DNA of 64,000 nucleotides from Actinomycetota bacterium (GTDB taxonomy: Bacteria; Actinomycetota; Actinomycetes; Propionibacteriales; Propionibacteriaceae). The notes below the pieces were generated by a model, which saw nothing but the letters and a program-made list of their open reading frames with translations, was not told the DNA's origin and did not search any database. The stretch is taken from positions 1,008 through 65,007 of the forward strand of contig JBKPTR010000075.1 in NCBI GenBank assembly GCA_046735615.1, given 5' to 3'. This document shows, piece by piece, positions 43,461 through 51,523 of this stretch (positions are counted from its first letter, which is position 1; each line of letters begins with the position of its first letter). A program made the position numbers and the translations under genes.

Positions 43461-43570
43461 GACCGGCTTTCGTTGTGACGCGAGCGAACTCTTTTTGTAT
43501 AAATGAGTCTTGCTGCATCCGTACCCATCAGGGCGTGCAGCGATGCACGCGTTGGACGCAACAGCCGACC

Positions 43571-43600
43571 AGATTACCTCCGTCCACTGGCGACGGTCAA
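43571..43600 (-). promoter_or_regulatory. Housekeeping-sigma promoter of rplM-rpsI
   Basis: TTGACC-N18-TAATCT on the minus strand, about 110 nt upstream of rplM. Confidence 0.65.
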
Positions 43601-43636
43601 AGTGGCGCTCTGGACCCCTGCTGGCCGGCGGGCACG

Positions 43637-43785
43637 AACATCCCACGCTACGTGGGAAGCTCCCGCTGTGCATGGCGTGTGTGCCATGTACAGCATCAAC
43701 ATCCCACGCTACGTGGGAAGCTCCCGCTGTGCATGGCGTGTGTGCCATGTACAGCATCAACATCCCATGCAGCATGGGATGTTGA
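43637..43785. repeat. Two exact 61-bp tandem units plus a variant third hairpin
   Basis: Units 43637-43697 and 43698-43758 are identical; 43757-43785 is a perfect 14-bp inverted repeat. Confidence 0.95.
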
Positions 43786-43822
43786 CGGCCGGGACAGATT
43801 TACCAAATAGAGAGGACATGTG

Positions 43823-44230
43823 ATGCTGCGCGGATTCACCACCGTCAACTATTGGGTTGATGACGTCGAGGCAGCTCGGGACTGGTACGCCCAGGTCCTT
43901 GAGATCGAGCCTTACTTCCAGCGTCCCCAGGATGGACCGCCAGCCTATGTCGAGTTCCGAGTCGGGCCTGACGAGGACGAGCTTGGCCTGATCGACCGTC
44001 GGTATGGCCCACCGGGTGCCTCGCGTGATCCAGGCGGCGCAATCATGCACTGGCACGTCGACGACGTGTCGGCGGCCGTCGCCCGACTGCTCGAACTAGG
44101 GGCCACTGAATATCAGCCGGTCACAGTACGCGAAGCTGGGTTTGTTACAGCCTCAGTCGTGGATCCCTTCGGCAACATTCTGGGGCTGATGTATAGCCCG
44201 CACTTCCTCGATATGCATGCGGGTCAGTAG
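43823..44230 (+). CDS. VOC/glyoxalase/bleomycin-resistance family protein
   Basis: VDDVEAARDWY, WHVDDV, VDPFGNILGL; AGAGGA SD. Confidence 0.88.
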   Translation: MLRGFTTVNYWVDDVEAARDWYAQVLEIEPYFQRPQDGPPAYVEFRVGPDEDELGLIDRRYGPPGASRDPGGAIMHWHVDDVSAAVARLLELGATEYQPVTVREAGFVTASVVDPFGNILGLMYSPHFLDMHAGQ

Positions 44231-44234
44231 TGGT

Positions 44235-44815
44235 TCTCGGCTGGCAGAGGTCGTGCAGTTCCCTCCCGCTGCGTAGCTTCCGTCCCGCCTCCTCGAGTCG
44301 CAAGCGGTAGGTCGCCCACTCCTGTGCGGTCTGATCGGGGAGGTTCCCATCATTGTCGCCGGCCGCGCCGTCGATGAACTCGTGGTGATGTCGGCGCGCC
44401 CTGCGTTCCGAGCGATTTCTGCCGTGACATGCACCATGATTTGGTGCAGCGTGACCTGCTGCCGCTCGGCGGTCCACCACGGAACTCGGCCCGGTGAATC
44501 GAGTGTGAGCGCCTCGATCGTTGCGTCTGCATGGACCGATGCACCTCATACAGCGTGACGATCTCTTCTCGCGACTCCTCGGCTGTGGCCCACATGTCGG
44601 CATTGGTCTCAGCATCTTCGGCATACCAGGACAGCGGCACATTTGACGGCCGATCGAACACTTCCCCGAAGTAACCCAGTTCGATGCTGGCCACATGCTT
44701 CACAAGTCCGAGCAGGTTTGTGCCGGTCTGGGTCATCGGCCGCCGTTCAACTTCGCGAGCAGCGCCTTACGTTCCTTCTCCAGATACCGGTGAAAATCCG
44801 CTTCGGGTCGTCGGG
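44235..44815 (-). pseudogene. DinB/DUF664-family gene, frameshifted
   Basis: Segments FHRYL..ALLAKL, TGTNLLGLVKHVA..DMWATAEESRE, GRVPWW..TLHQIMVHV..AGRADI and EFIDGAAG lie in different frames. Confidence 0.8.
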
Positions 44816-44927
44816 GGAATTTAGTGCTTGCTGGTCGATTCTCCCCACCGACCCCAGCCGTCACCAGTGGCCCAAATCATATTGCCCCCGACTATTCAGC
44901 CCCAGAGACCGCGCGTAGGTTGTGCGC

Positions 44928-46235
44928 ATGACGGACACGCCCACGGTTGATCCCCCCAAGGATTCCCTGAGCATTCGCGACAACCGTACGGGCCGCGAGT
45001 ACGAGGTCGCGATCAGCGACGGGACGATCCGCGCTACCGACCTCAGACAGATCGCAGTCGGGGGCGAACCAGGGCTGGCCACCTACGATCCTGGGTTTGT
45101 CAACACGGCGTCGTGCCGCAGCGCCATCACCTTCATCGACGGTGAACAGGGAATCCTCGAGTACCGCGGCTATCCCATTGAGCAACTGGCGGAGCACTCC
45201 ACCTTTTTGGAGGTCGCTTACCTCTTACTACACGGCGAGCTACCGACACAGGCCCAGCTTGACGAGTGGGTGCACAACATCACCTATCACACCTTCATCC
45301 ACGAGAACCTCAAGCAATTCATCGAAGGCTTCCGTTACAACGCGCATCCCATGGGGATGCTGATGGCAACCGTCAGTGCGCTGTCAACTTTCTATCCAGA
45401 GGCGAGCAAGATCGGCAATCCTGAGAATCGCATGCTCCAGATCACCCGTTTGATCGCGAAGATGCCGACACTCGGAGCGTTCGCCTTCCGACACCAACTT
45501 GGGAAGCCGTACGTCTATCCCGACAACAGACTGTCCTATACGGCCAATTTCTTGGCGATGCTGTTCAAGATGAGCGAGCCGACCTATGTCGCCGACGAGC
45601 GGCTGGTGCACGCACTCGAAGTGCTGTTCATCCTGCACGCCGATCATGAACAGAACTGCTCCACCAACGCCGTACGGTCGGTCGGCTCGTCGCAGGTAGA
45701 TCCGTACTCTGCCGTGGCAGCGGGTGTTGCGGCGCTCTACGGCCCACTCCATGGTGGCGCCAATGAGGCTGTGCTCGCCATGTTGAAGAGGATCGGCACG
45801 ACCGACAACGTCCCTGACTTCATTGGCGGTGTAAAGGAGGGCAAGGAGAAGCTGATGGGCTTCGGCCACCGGGTCTACAAGAACTACGACCCGCGCGCCA
45901 AGATCATCAAGAAGGCATGTGACGATGTCTTCGAGGTGACCGGAGTCAACCCGCTGCTCAAGATCGCTCAGGAACTGGAGAAGATCGCGTTGGAGGACGA
46001 ATACTTCGTCAAGCGCAAGCTGTATCCCAACGTCGACTTCTATTCGGGTCTGATCTACGAGGCGTTGCAGTTTCCCGCGGAGATGTTCACCGTCTTGTTT
46101 GCGATCGGCCGTACACCAGGCTGGCTCGCCCAATGGGCGGAGCTGGCACAGGACAAGGAACAGAAGATCGCACGACCCAAGCAGATCTATACCGGAATCC
46201 GAACCAGAGACTTCATCCCGCTCAGCGAGCGTTAG
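44928..46235 (+). CDS. gltA: Citrate synthase
   Basis: YDPGF, YRGY, HADHEQNCST, GPLHGGANE, MGFGHRVY, YPNVDFYSG. Confidence 0.95.
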   Translation: MTDTPTVDPPKDSLSIRDNRTGREYEVAISDGTIRATDLRQIAVGGEPGLATYDPGFVNTASCRSAITFIDGEQGILEYRGYPIEQLAEHSTFLEVAYLLLHGELPTQAQLDEWVHNITYHTFIHENLKQFIEGFRYNAHPMGMLMATVSALSTFYPEASKIGNPENRMLQITRLIAKMPTLGAFAFRHQLGKPYVYPDNRLSYTANFLAMLFKMSEPTYVADERLVHALEVLFILHADHEQNCSTNAVRSVGSSQVDPYSAVAAGVAALYGPLHGGANEAVLAMLKRIGTTDNVPDFIGGVKEGKEKLMGFGHRVYKNYDPRAKIIKKACDDVFEVTGVNPLLKIAQELEKIALEDEYFVKRKLYPNVDFYSGLIYEALQFPAEMFTVLFAIGRTPGWLAQWAELAQDKEQKIARPKQIYTGIRTRDFIPLSER

Positions 46236-46241
46236 AGCACA

Positions 46242-46359
46242 GTCTGCGAGCGTCGGTAGGCGCCCGCTGGTGATCGGAGGAGCGATGAGCGAAACACGCT
46301 TTCACGTTTCGCGAAGAGGGACGACGTCACCAGCTTCCCGGGGCGCCGCGCGAGCAGAC
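46242..46359 (+). repeat. Sequence-diverged but structure-conserved 118-bp copy of the nested-hairpin element
   Basis: gtctgc/gcagac, ggcgccc/gggcgcc, gctggtga/tcaccagc, gcgaaac/gtttcgc; loops GAGCGTCGGTA and GCGCGA identical to the 26750 copy. Confidence 0.88.
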
Positions 46360-46364
46360 ACAAA

Positions 46365-46982
46365 CTAAAGGGCGAGGCGCCAGCTGCGCACGTGCTCCCA
46401 ACGCATGTCCCGCCACCAACTGCCGGTCCACGAGCTATGGGCGAAGCGATAGAGCATCACCGTGTCGGCGGTGAACGACGACGGTGGCATGATCCCCAGC
46501 CCGGTTACGTAGTCCTCCACCTCTTCGCGCAGGTCGGCACGCACCCGCAGCTCATGGGAAACCAGCGAGATGTGGGCTAGCCAGCGATCGGGCTCGTACA
46601 GGGATGGAGGCAGTGTGCCACTGGGGCCAAGCAGCGGTCGGACGACCGAATCGACCGCGCCAGCCAAGGCCAACAGCTGCTTGTTCGGTTCGCCATCCAG
46701 CATCGAGACGTCATAGGCGATCGCGAAATCAGCGAGCCGCCGCATTCCAAGATTGTGCACAGTGAACGCGCGCACGCGGCGTAGCACGAAGCCGATCAAC
46801 TGAATCAACTCCGCCAACGGAACAACCACAGGCAGACTGCCAGCCAACGTGATGTGTGGCGGGAATGCGCCCGCCGAAACCAACCCGTACTGTGCTTGCA
46901 GCTGGTTGGTGATCTGTGTCACAGCCGCGCACGTCTTGGGGTCCGGTCTAAGAAAAACCCCAAAGCGAAACTGGTTGTCCAC
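46365..46982 (-). CDS. 2H phosphoesterase / 2'-5' RNA ligase family protein
   Basis: Two HxT/S motifs (PHITL, AHISL); GTG 46982 after GGAAGGA. Confidence 0.8.
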   Translation of the reverse strand: MDNQFRFGVFLRPDPKTCAAVTQITNQLQAQYGLVSAGAFPPHITLAGSLPVVVPLAELIQLIGFVLRRVRAFTVHNLGMRRLADFAIAYDVSMLDGEPNKQLLALAGAVDSVVRPLLGPSGTLPPSLYEPDRWLAHISLVSHELRVRADLREEVEDYVTGLGIMPPSSFTADTVMLYRFAHSSWTGSWWRDMRWEHVRSWRLAL

Positions 46983-47171
46983 CAGTCTTCGTCCTTCCCT
47001 AAAATTCCGCAGGACGCGATCGGCCAGCAGCTTCCGCACCTGTGGCCCACCGTAACCAAGCAGAGTCAACGCAGCAACGAAACCCGCCGGTGCTTGAGGG
47101 TGGCTGACCAAAGAAATGCTGTGCGTGAGGAGGCAGTTCATTGCCGATCAACCCGTCACTTGGAAGTGATC

Positions 47172-47630
47172 ATGGACTGGACCCTGGGGGTCGTTGTCAT
47201 ACCGGTGAGCGACATTGAACGCTCGATAGCCTTCTATCGCGATCAGGCCGGCTTCACGCTCGACCATGACACGACTACTCCGCAGATGCACGTGACGCAG
47301 CTGACGCCGCCGGGCTCGGGGTGCTCCATCGTGTTCGGCGATGGGCCCCGCATGCGGGCAATGGAACCCGGCTCCATGAAGGGTCTACAGCTCGTGGTCG
47401 CTGATGCACACGCGGCACGGGAGGAGCTGCTTAGCCGAAGCGTCGAGGCCGGTGAGATCGCTACGTTCGATGAGCGCGATGGCGGCACCTTCTTCGGCTT
47501 CGCTGATCCCGATGGAAATACCTGGGCAGTGCAACAGATCAAGGCGCGTGCCGAGAACCGCTCATCCCGCCTGAGTGGCGAGGCAGGTTTGGCGACTAGT
47601 CGGTGGCCTTGGTTTAGCGTGGGTCGGTGA
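47172..47630 (+). CDS. VOC/glyoxalase family protein, probable frameshift near the 3' end
   Basis: VSDIERSIAFY, QLTPPGSGCSI, FADPDGNTW. Confidence 0.8.
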   Translation: MDWTLGVVVIPVSDIERSIAFYRDQAGFTLDHDTTTPQMHVTQLTPPGSGCSIVFGDGPRMRAMEPGSMKGLQLVVADAHAAREELLSRSVEAGEIATFDERDGGTFFGFADPDGNTWAVQQIKARAENRSSRLSGEAGLATSRWPWFSVGR

Positions 47631-48205
47631 GCATCGAAGTCGTGCCCGCCACCGCTGCACTGTTCGACGATCTTGCGATGATGCTCGGGCCCAGGAATCC
47701 TGATTCCTCGGTGTGCTGGTGTCTGAGCCACCGGGTCGACTCCAAAACCAACCGCGAGCTCGTCGGCCGTGCTCGGGGTGAGTACGTCAGAAAGCTGACC
47801 CGTCGCGCAGTCGCGCCGGGGGTCCTTGCATACGACGATGCCGAGGTGGTCGGCTGGGCCGCCGTGGCGCCGCGGTCCGTACTGCCTTTCGCGCGGTCCA
47901 CCAAGATACCCCACGTCGACGACCTGCCGGTTTGGTCGGTGTGGTGTATTCGGGTTCGCCCCGGCCACCGCGGCAAGGGCATCTCGCACCATTTGCTCGC
48001 TGGCGCCGTGGCGTACGCGCGGTCAAAAGGTGCGCCAGCAGTAGAGGGCTACCCCGTGGACAACCGAGGCGACAAGGTGGACCTCACCATGGCCTACGTA
48101 GGCACGCGCAAGCTCTTCGAGGATGCTGGCTTCACCAAGGCTGCGGATACCCGCGCGGTCTCCGGCGGGTTTCCGCGCGTGGTTATGCGGCTGGGGCTGC
48201 GCTGA
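47627..48205 (+). CDS. GNAT family N-acetyltransferase
   Basis: CWC motif, VRPGHRGKGIS, VEGYPVD, FEDAGF. Confidence 0.88.
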   Translation: MSIEVVPATAALFDDLAMMLGPRNPDSSVCWCLSHRVDSKTNRELVGRARGEYVRKLTRRAVAPGVLAYDDAEVVGWAAVAPRSVLPFARSTKIPHVDDLPVWSVWCIRVRPGHRGKGISHHLLAGAVAYARSKGAPAVEGYPVDNRGDKVDLTMAYVGTRKLFEDAGFTKAADTRAVSGGFPRVVMRLGLR

Positions 48206-48938
48206 TTTCTAGGGCGGAAATGCCTGGACGGCGATGTAGCCACCACTCGACGATCAATAGGTTGACCACCCAGCTCACCCAGCTGGTGAGTCCAATGGCC
48301 TGATCGAGCGCCGCCGGATCGACCTCTCCACCAGTGAAAGTCTCCGGGACGACGATGGCGAAGATGACCAGCATCCAGAACCTGAAGGCCACGATAGAAA
48401 ATGCCAGCGCGACGCTGCGCAGCATCCACTGCCGGTGATCGGCAAAACGGCCTTGGCGGATCGCTCGAAAACCGGCCAGCGTCGTTCCGAACCACAACAG
48501 CGCAAGCATGGTGTTTGCCACCCGCTGATTGGGGCCATGTAGGCCCATCGGGGAGATGATCATGACGCAGATGGAGGCAGTCAGCACAGCCACGACATAA
48601 GTACGCCCACTCAGGCGATGAATCGCGGGCCTAGACCGACGCAGCCAAGGCCACACTTGGAGGCAGGCCGCAAGCAGTGCCACGGAACCGAGAATGATGT
48701 GCGTGACGAGCAGCGGGTAGTAGCTGGCATGAGGCGGCATCGGCTGGATTCGGGCCTGCTCAGGGTCAAGAGTCAGATAAGGCGGCACCGCGTACCCGAT
48801 GAAGATCACTGTCAGCAGTGTCGGCGGCAGCAGACCTTTGAGCGCTGAGCCTTTCGAAGCGCGAAGCAGCGGCTTTCGCGCCACCACTTGGTGATCATCT
48901 CTACGGCTGGCAGTACGGCTCAGCTCGTCGGTGGACAT
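48183..48938 (-). CDS. DUF2306-like membrane protein
   Basis: HRLSGRTY and HRQWMLRS motifs; six TM segments. Confidence 0.8.
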   Translation of the reverse strand: MSTDELSRTASRRDDHQVVARKPLLRASKGSALKGLLPPTLLTVIFIGYAVPPYLTLDPEQARIQPMPPHASYYPLLVTHIILGSVALLAACLQVWPWLRRSRPAIHRLSGRTYVVAVLTASICVMIISPMGLHGPNQRVANTMLALLWFGTTLAGFRAIRQGRFADHRQWMLRSVALAFSIVAFRFWMLVIFAIVVPETFTGGEVDPAALDQAIGLTSWVSWVVNLLIVEWWLHRRPGISALEISAAPAA

Positions 48939-49032
48939 GCCATCAGCATGTGATCAATGGGCCGCTCTGCGCACTGATGCTTGCCGTAGATCTTCAGTTC
49001 GGGTTAACCCCAGCACCACCGTTCGCGTCGTT

Positions 49033-50715
49033 TCACCTCGACCGCTCCACGCGCGCCTCATCCCAGACCGGCTCAGCCGCCTCGTAGACACTCCCGTCGG
49101 CGCCGAAGATCAAGAACCTGTCGAAGCTGCGCGCGAACCATCGGTCGTGGGTAACGGCGATCACCGTGCCCTCGAAGGAATCCAGGCGCAGTTCCAGCGC
49201 CTCGGCGGACTCCAGGTCGAGATTGTCGGTCGGCTCGTCGAGGAGCAACAACGTCGCGCCACTCAGCTCGAGCAGCAGGATCTGGAGGCGCGCCTGCTGA
49301 CCGCCCGACAGCGACTCGAATTTCTGCTCGGCTGCCTTGGCCAGCTCATAGCGATCGAGCTTGCGGGATGCCTCCTCCCGTCCCATGCCGGCTCGGTGAT
49401 CATCACCGCGATGCAAGATCTGAAGCAACGTTCTGCCGAGCAGCTCGGGATGATGGTGGGTCTGAGCGAACCAGCCCGGTCGCACCCGAGCACCGAGCTT
49501 CGCCTTGCCGGTATGGGGAACCGGAGCGATGTCAAGATCGCTGACAGGCTGGTGTTCACGATCAGGATCGGAGCCGCCGCGGGCCAGCAGGCGTAGGAAG
49601 TACGACTTGCCGGAGCCGTTCGACCCCAGAACGGCAACCCGATCACCGAACCAGATCTCGGCATCGAACGGCTTCATGAGGCCGGTCAGCTCAAGATCGT
49701 CGATCATGACGGCACGCTTGCCGGTACGCCCTCCACTGAGCCGCATCGAAACGCGCTGCTCCAGTGGCACGACCTGCGGTGGTCCGGCCTCCTCGAACTT
49801 GGCCAGTCGCGTCTGAGCAGCCTGATAACGGGAAGCCATGGCGTCGTTGTACGCGGCCTTGGTCTTGTACATCAGCATAAGCTCGCGAAGCTTCTTGTGC
49901 TGCTCGTCCCAACGGCGCCGTAGCTCTTCGAGGCGGGCGAAGCGGTCGCGGCGGGCGGCCGCGAGCGTCGCAAAGCCGGATCCATGGATCCACACTGTGT
50001 TGCCGGCAGCGCTCAACTCCAGCACTGCGATCGTCTTCGCAGTCTCGGCCAACAACTCACGGTCGTGGCTCACCAGCAGCACCGACTTCTGGGTGCTCTG
50101 GAGCTGGGCCTCTAGCCACCGCTTGGCCGGCACATCCAAGAAGTTGTCCGGCTCGTCGAGGAGCAACACTTCGTCGGGACCACGAAGCAACGCCTCCAGG
50201 GCCAGCCGCTTCTGTTCGCCACCGGACAAAGTGCGGACCTCGCGCCACTTGGCACGGTCATAGCTCAGACCGAGGGCCTCGGTACAGCAGGCATCGAAGA
50301 CCACTTCGGCGTCGTATCCACCGGCGTCGGCGTAATCGGCGAGCGCCTGCGCGTAACGCAGCTGGGTTTGCTCGCGGTCGTCCTCCATCAACTGCAGCTC
50401 CAGCCGGTCCAACTCACCCACTGCCCGGCGCAGCAGAGGTGACGACAGCGAGAACAACAGGTCGCGTACGATCAACGGCTCTCGGAGGCTACCAATGAAC
50501 TGACGCATCACGCCCAAACCGCCGCTCCGGGAGACCGATCCGCTGGTCGGCATCAGATCCCCAGCGATGATCTTCAGCAGCGTGGTCTTGCCCGAGCCGT
50601 TAGGTCCTACCAGGGCGACTGTTGAACCCTCACCAACACGGAAGGACACGTCGTCGAGCAGCACCCGCCCGTCGGGCAGGTGATACCCGACTCCGGCAAG
50701 ATCGACGTGTCCCAT
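49033..50715 (-). CDS. ABC-F family ATP-binding protein
   Basis: Two NBDs (GPNGSGKT/LSGGE/DEPDN and GSNGSGKS/LSGGQ/DEPTDN), no TM. Confidence 0.92.
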   Translation of the reverse strand: MGHVDLAGVGYHLPDGRVLLDDVSFRVGEGSTVALVGPNGSGKTTLLKIIAGDLMPTSGSVSRSGGLGVMRQFIGSLREPLIVRDLLFSLSSPLLRRAVGELDRLELQLMEDDREQTQLRYAQALADYADAGGYDAEVVFDACCTEALGLSYDRAKWREVRTLSGGEQKRLALEALLRGPDEVLLLDEPDNFLDVPAKRWLEAQLQSTQKSVLLVSHDRELLAETAKTIAVLELSAAGNTVWIHGSGFATLAAARRDRFARLEELRRRWDEQHKKLRELMLMYKTKAAYNDAMASRYQAAQTRLAKFEEAGPPQVVPLEQRVSMRLSGGRTGKRAVMIDDLELTGLMKPFDAEIWFGDRVAVLGSNGSGKSYFLRLLARGGSDPDREHQPVSDLDIAPVPHTGKAKLGARVRPGWFAQTHHHPELLGRTLLQILHRGDDHRAGMGREEASRKLDRYELAKAAEQKFESLSGGQQARLQILLLELSGATLLLLDEPTDNLDLESAEALELRLDSFEGTVIAVTHDRWFARSFDRFLIFGADGSVYEAAEPVWDEARVERSR

Positions 50716-50762
50716 GCTCGGCCATGCTAGGCGCGACCGGCCTCAGCAGGCGATTTCATTTC

Positions 50763-50871
50763 CTTGCGCCCTTGAGCTTGTGAGCTTGCGCCCCCTAAGC
50801 CTGTGAGCTTCCGCCCTGAGCTTGTTGAAGGGCGCGGCGCACTCAGCGGGATTCGACAAGCTCAGCCCGCG
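50763..50871. repeat. REP-like inverted repeat (CTGAGCTTGTYGAA ... TTCGACAAGCTCAG) preceded by degenerate 22-23-bp tandem copies
   Basis: 50816-50829 vs 50852-50865 match 13/14 as an IR; units at 50763, 50785 and 50808. Confidence 0.75.
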
Positions 50872-51402
50872 TTACGCGGCGAGCAGCATGGCCAGCGCGG
50901 CGGTGTCGGCGTTGACCTGAGGATCGATGCCCACCTTGCTGATCAGCTGCGTCACCGTGCCCTCGACATCGGCCTCCACCCAGGCGGCACGATGGTCCAG
51001 CCCGAGGTATGGCAGGCCGGGCAGGAAGACGCAGCCCGATGCCACCTTGTACTCCGGAATGCTCGAAAGCGTGCTCGACGGCGGATGCAGCACGATCAGT
51101 CCTGGCGGCTGATGCTCAGCGAAATGCCCCGGACGAAGGGGATGATCGCCCAGCAGCTGCCCCTCGGCGACCACCAGGCCGACCGCACCAGGATGCGGCT
51201 GCTCAGGCAGCTCTTCGCGTACGCGGAAGACGGTGCTGGTCGGCAGCAACCCGGGAACGGCCGCCATTTGCACGGCGAGCACCAAGAATCTGGCCCACTC
51301 GACAGTGTCGTTCGGCCAGCGCCCCATCAGCATGAAGCCATACAGCGATCCATCGGCTTGCAGGGGCGCGACCTCGATCGACGATGGCCGAAAGCCATCC
51401 AT
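50872..51402 (-). CDS. Conserved actinobacterial hypothetical protein
   Basis: Coding-like composition; GRWP, LHPPS, HRAAWVEA segments; GGAGG SD upstream. Confidence 0.75.
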   Translation of the reverse strand: MDGFRPSSIEVAPLQADGSLYGFMLMGRWPNDTVEWARFLVLAVQMAAVPGLLPTSTVFRVREELPEQPHPGAVGLVVAEGQLLGDHPLRPGHFAEHQPPGLIVLHPPSSTLSSIPEYKVASGCVFLPGLPYLGLDHRAAWVEADVEGTVTQLISKVGIDPQVNADTAALAMLLAA

Positions 51403-51523
51403 GATGACCTCCCAACTCGCTGCCTACGTGCTGCACCGTGGTGGTACGTCGTTGATCACCAGCCGAACTTGGCTCAATGGTCCACACGCAGCGGTTAGCA
51501 GACAAGGGGGTAGGAGTGCCAAG

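Noticed and set aside
43637-43785. Possible mini CRISPR array (palindromic repeat with spacers)
   Set aside because: The intervening sequences are identical and themselves palindromic, and there are no cas genes in the window; it is a tandem duplication.
46283-46296. CGATGA-GC-GAAAC resembles a hammerhead ribozyme core
   Set aside because: Lacks CUGA and stem II, and is not conserved in the other copies of the element.
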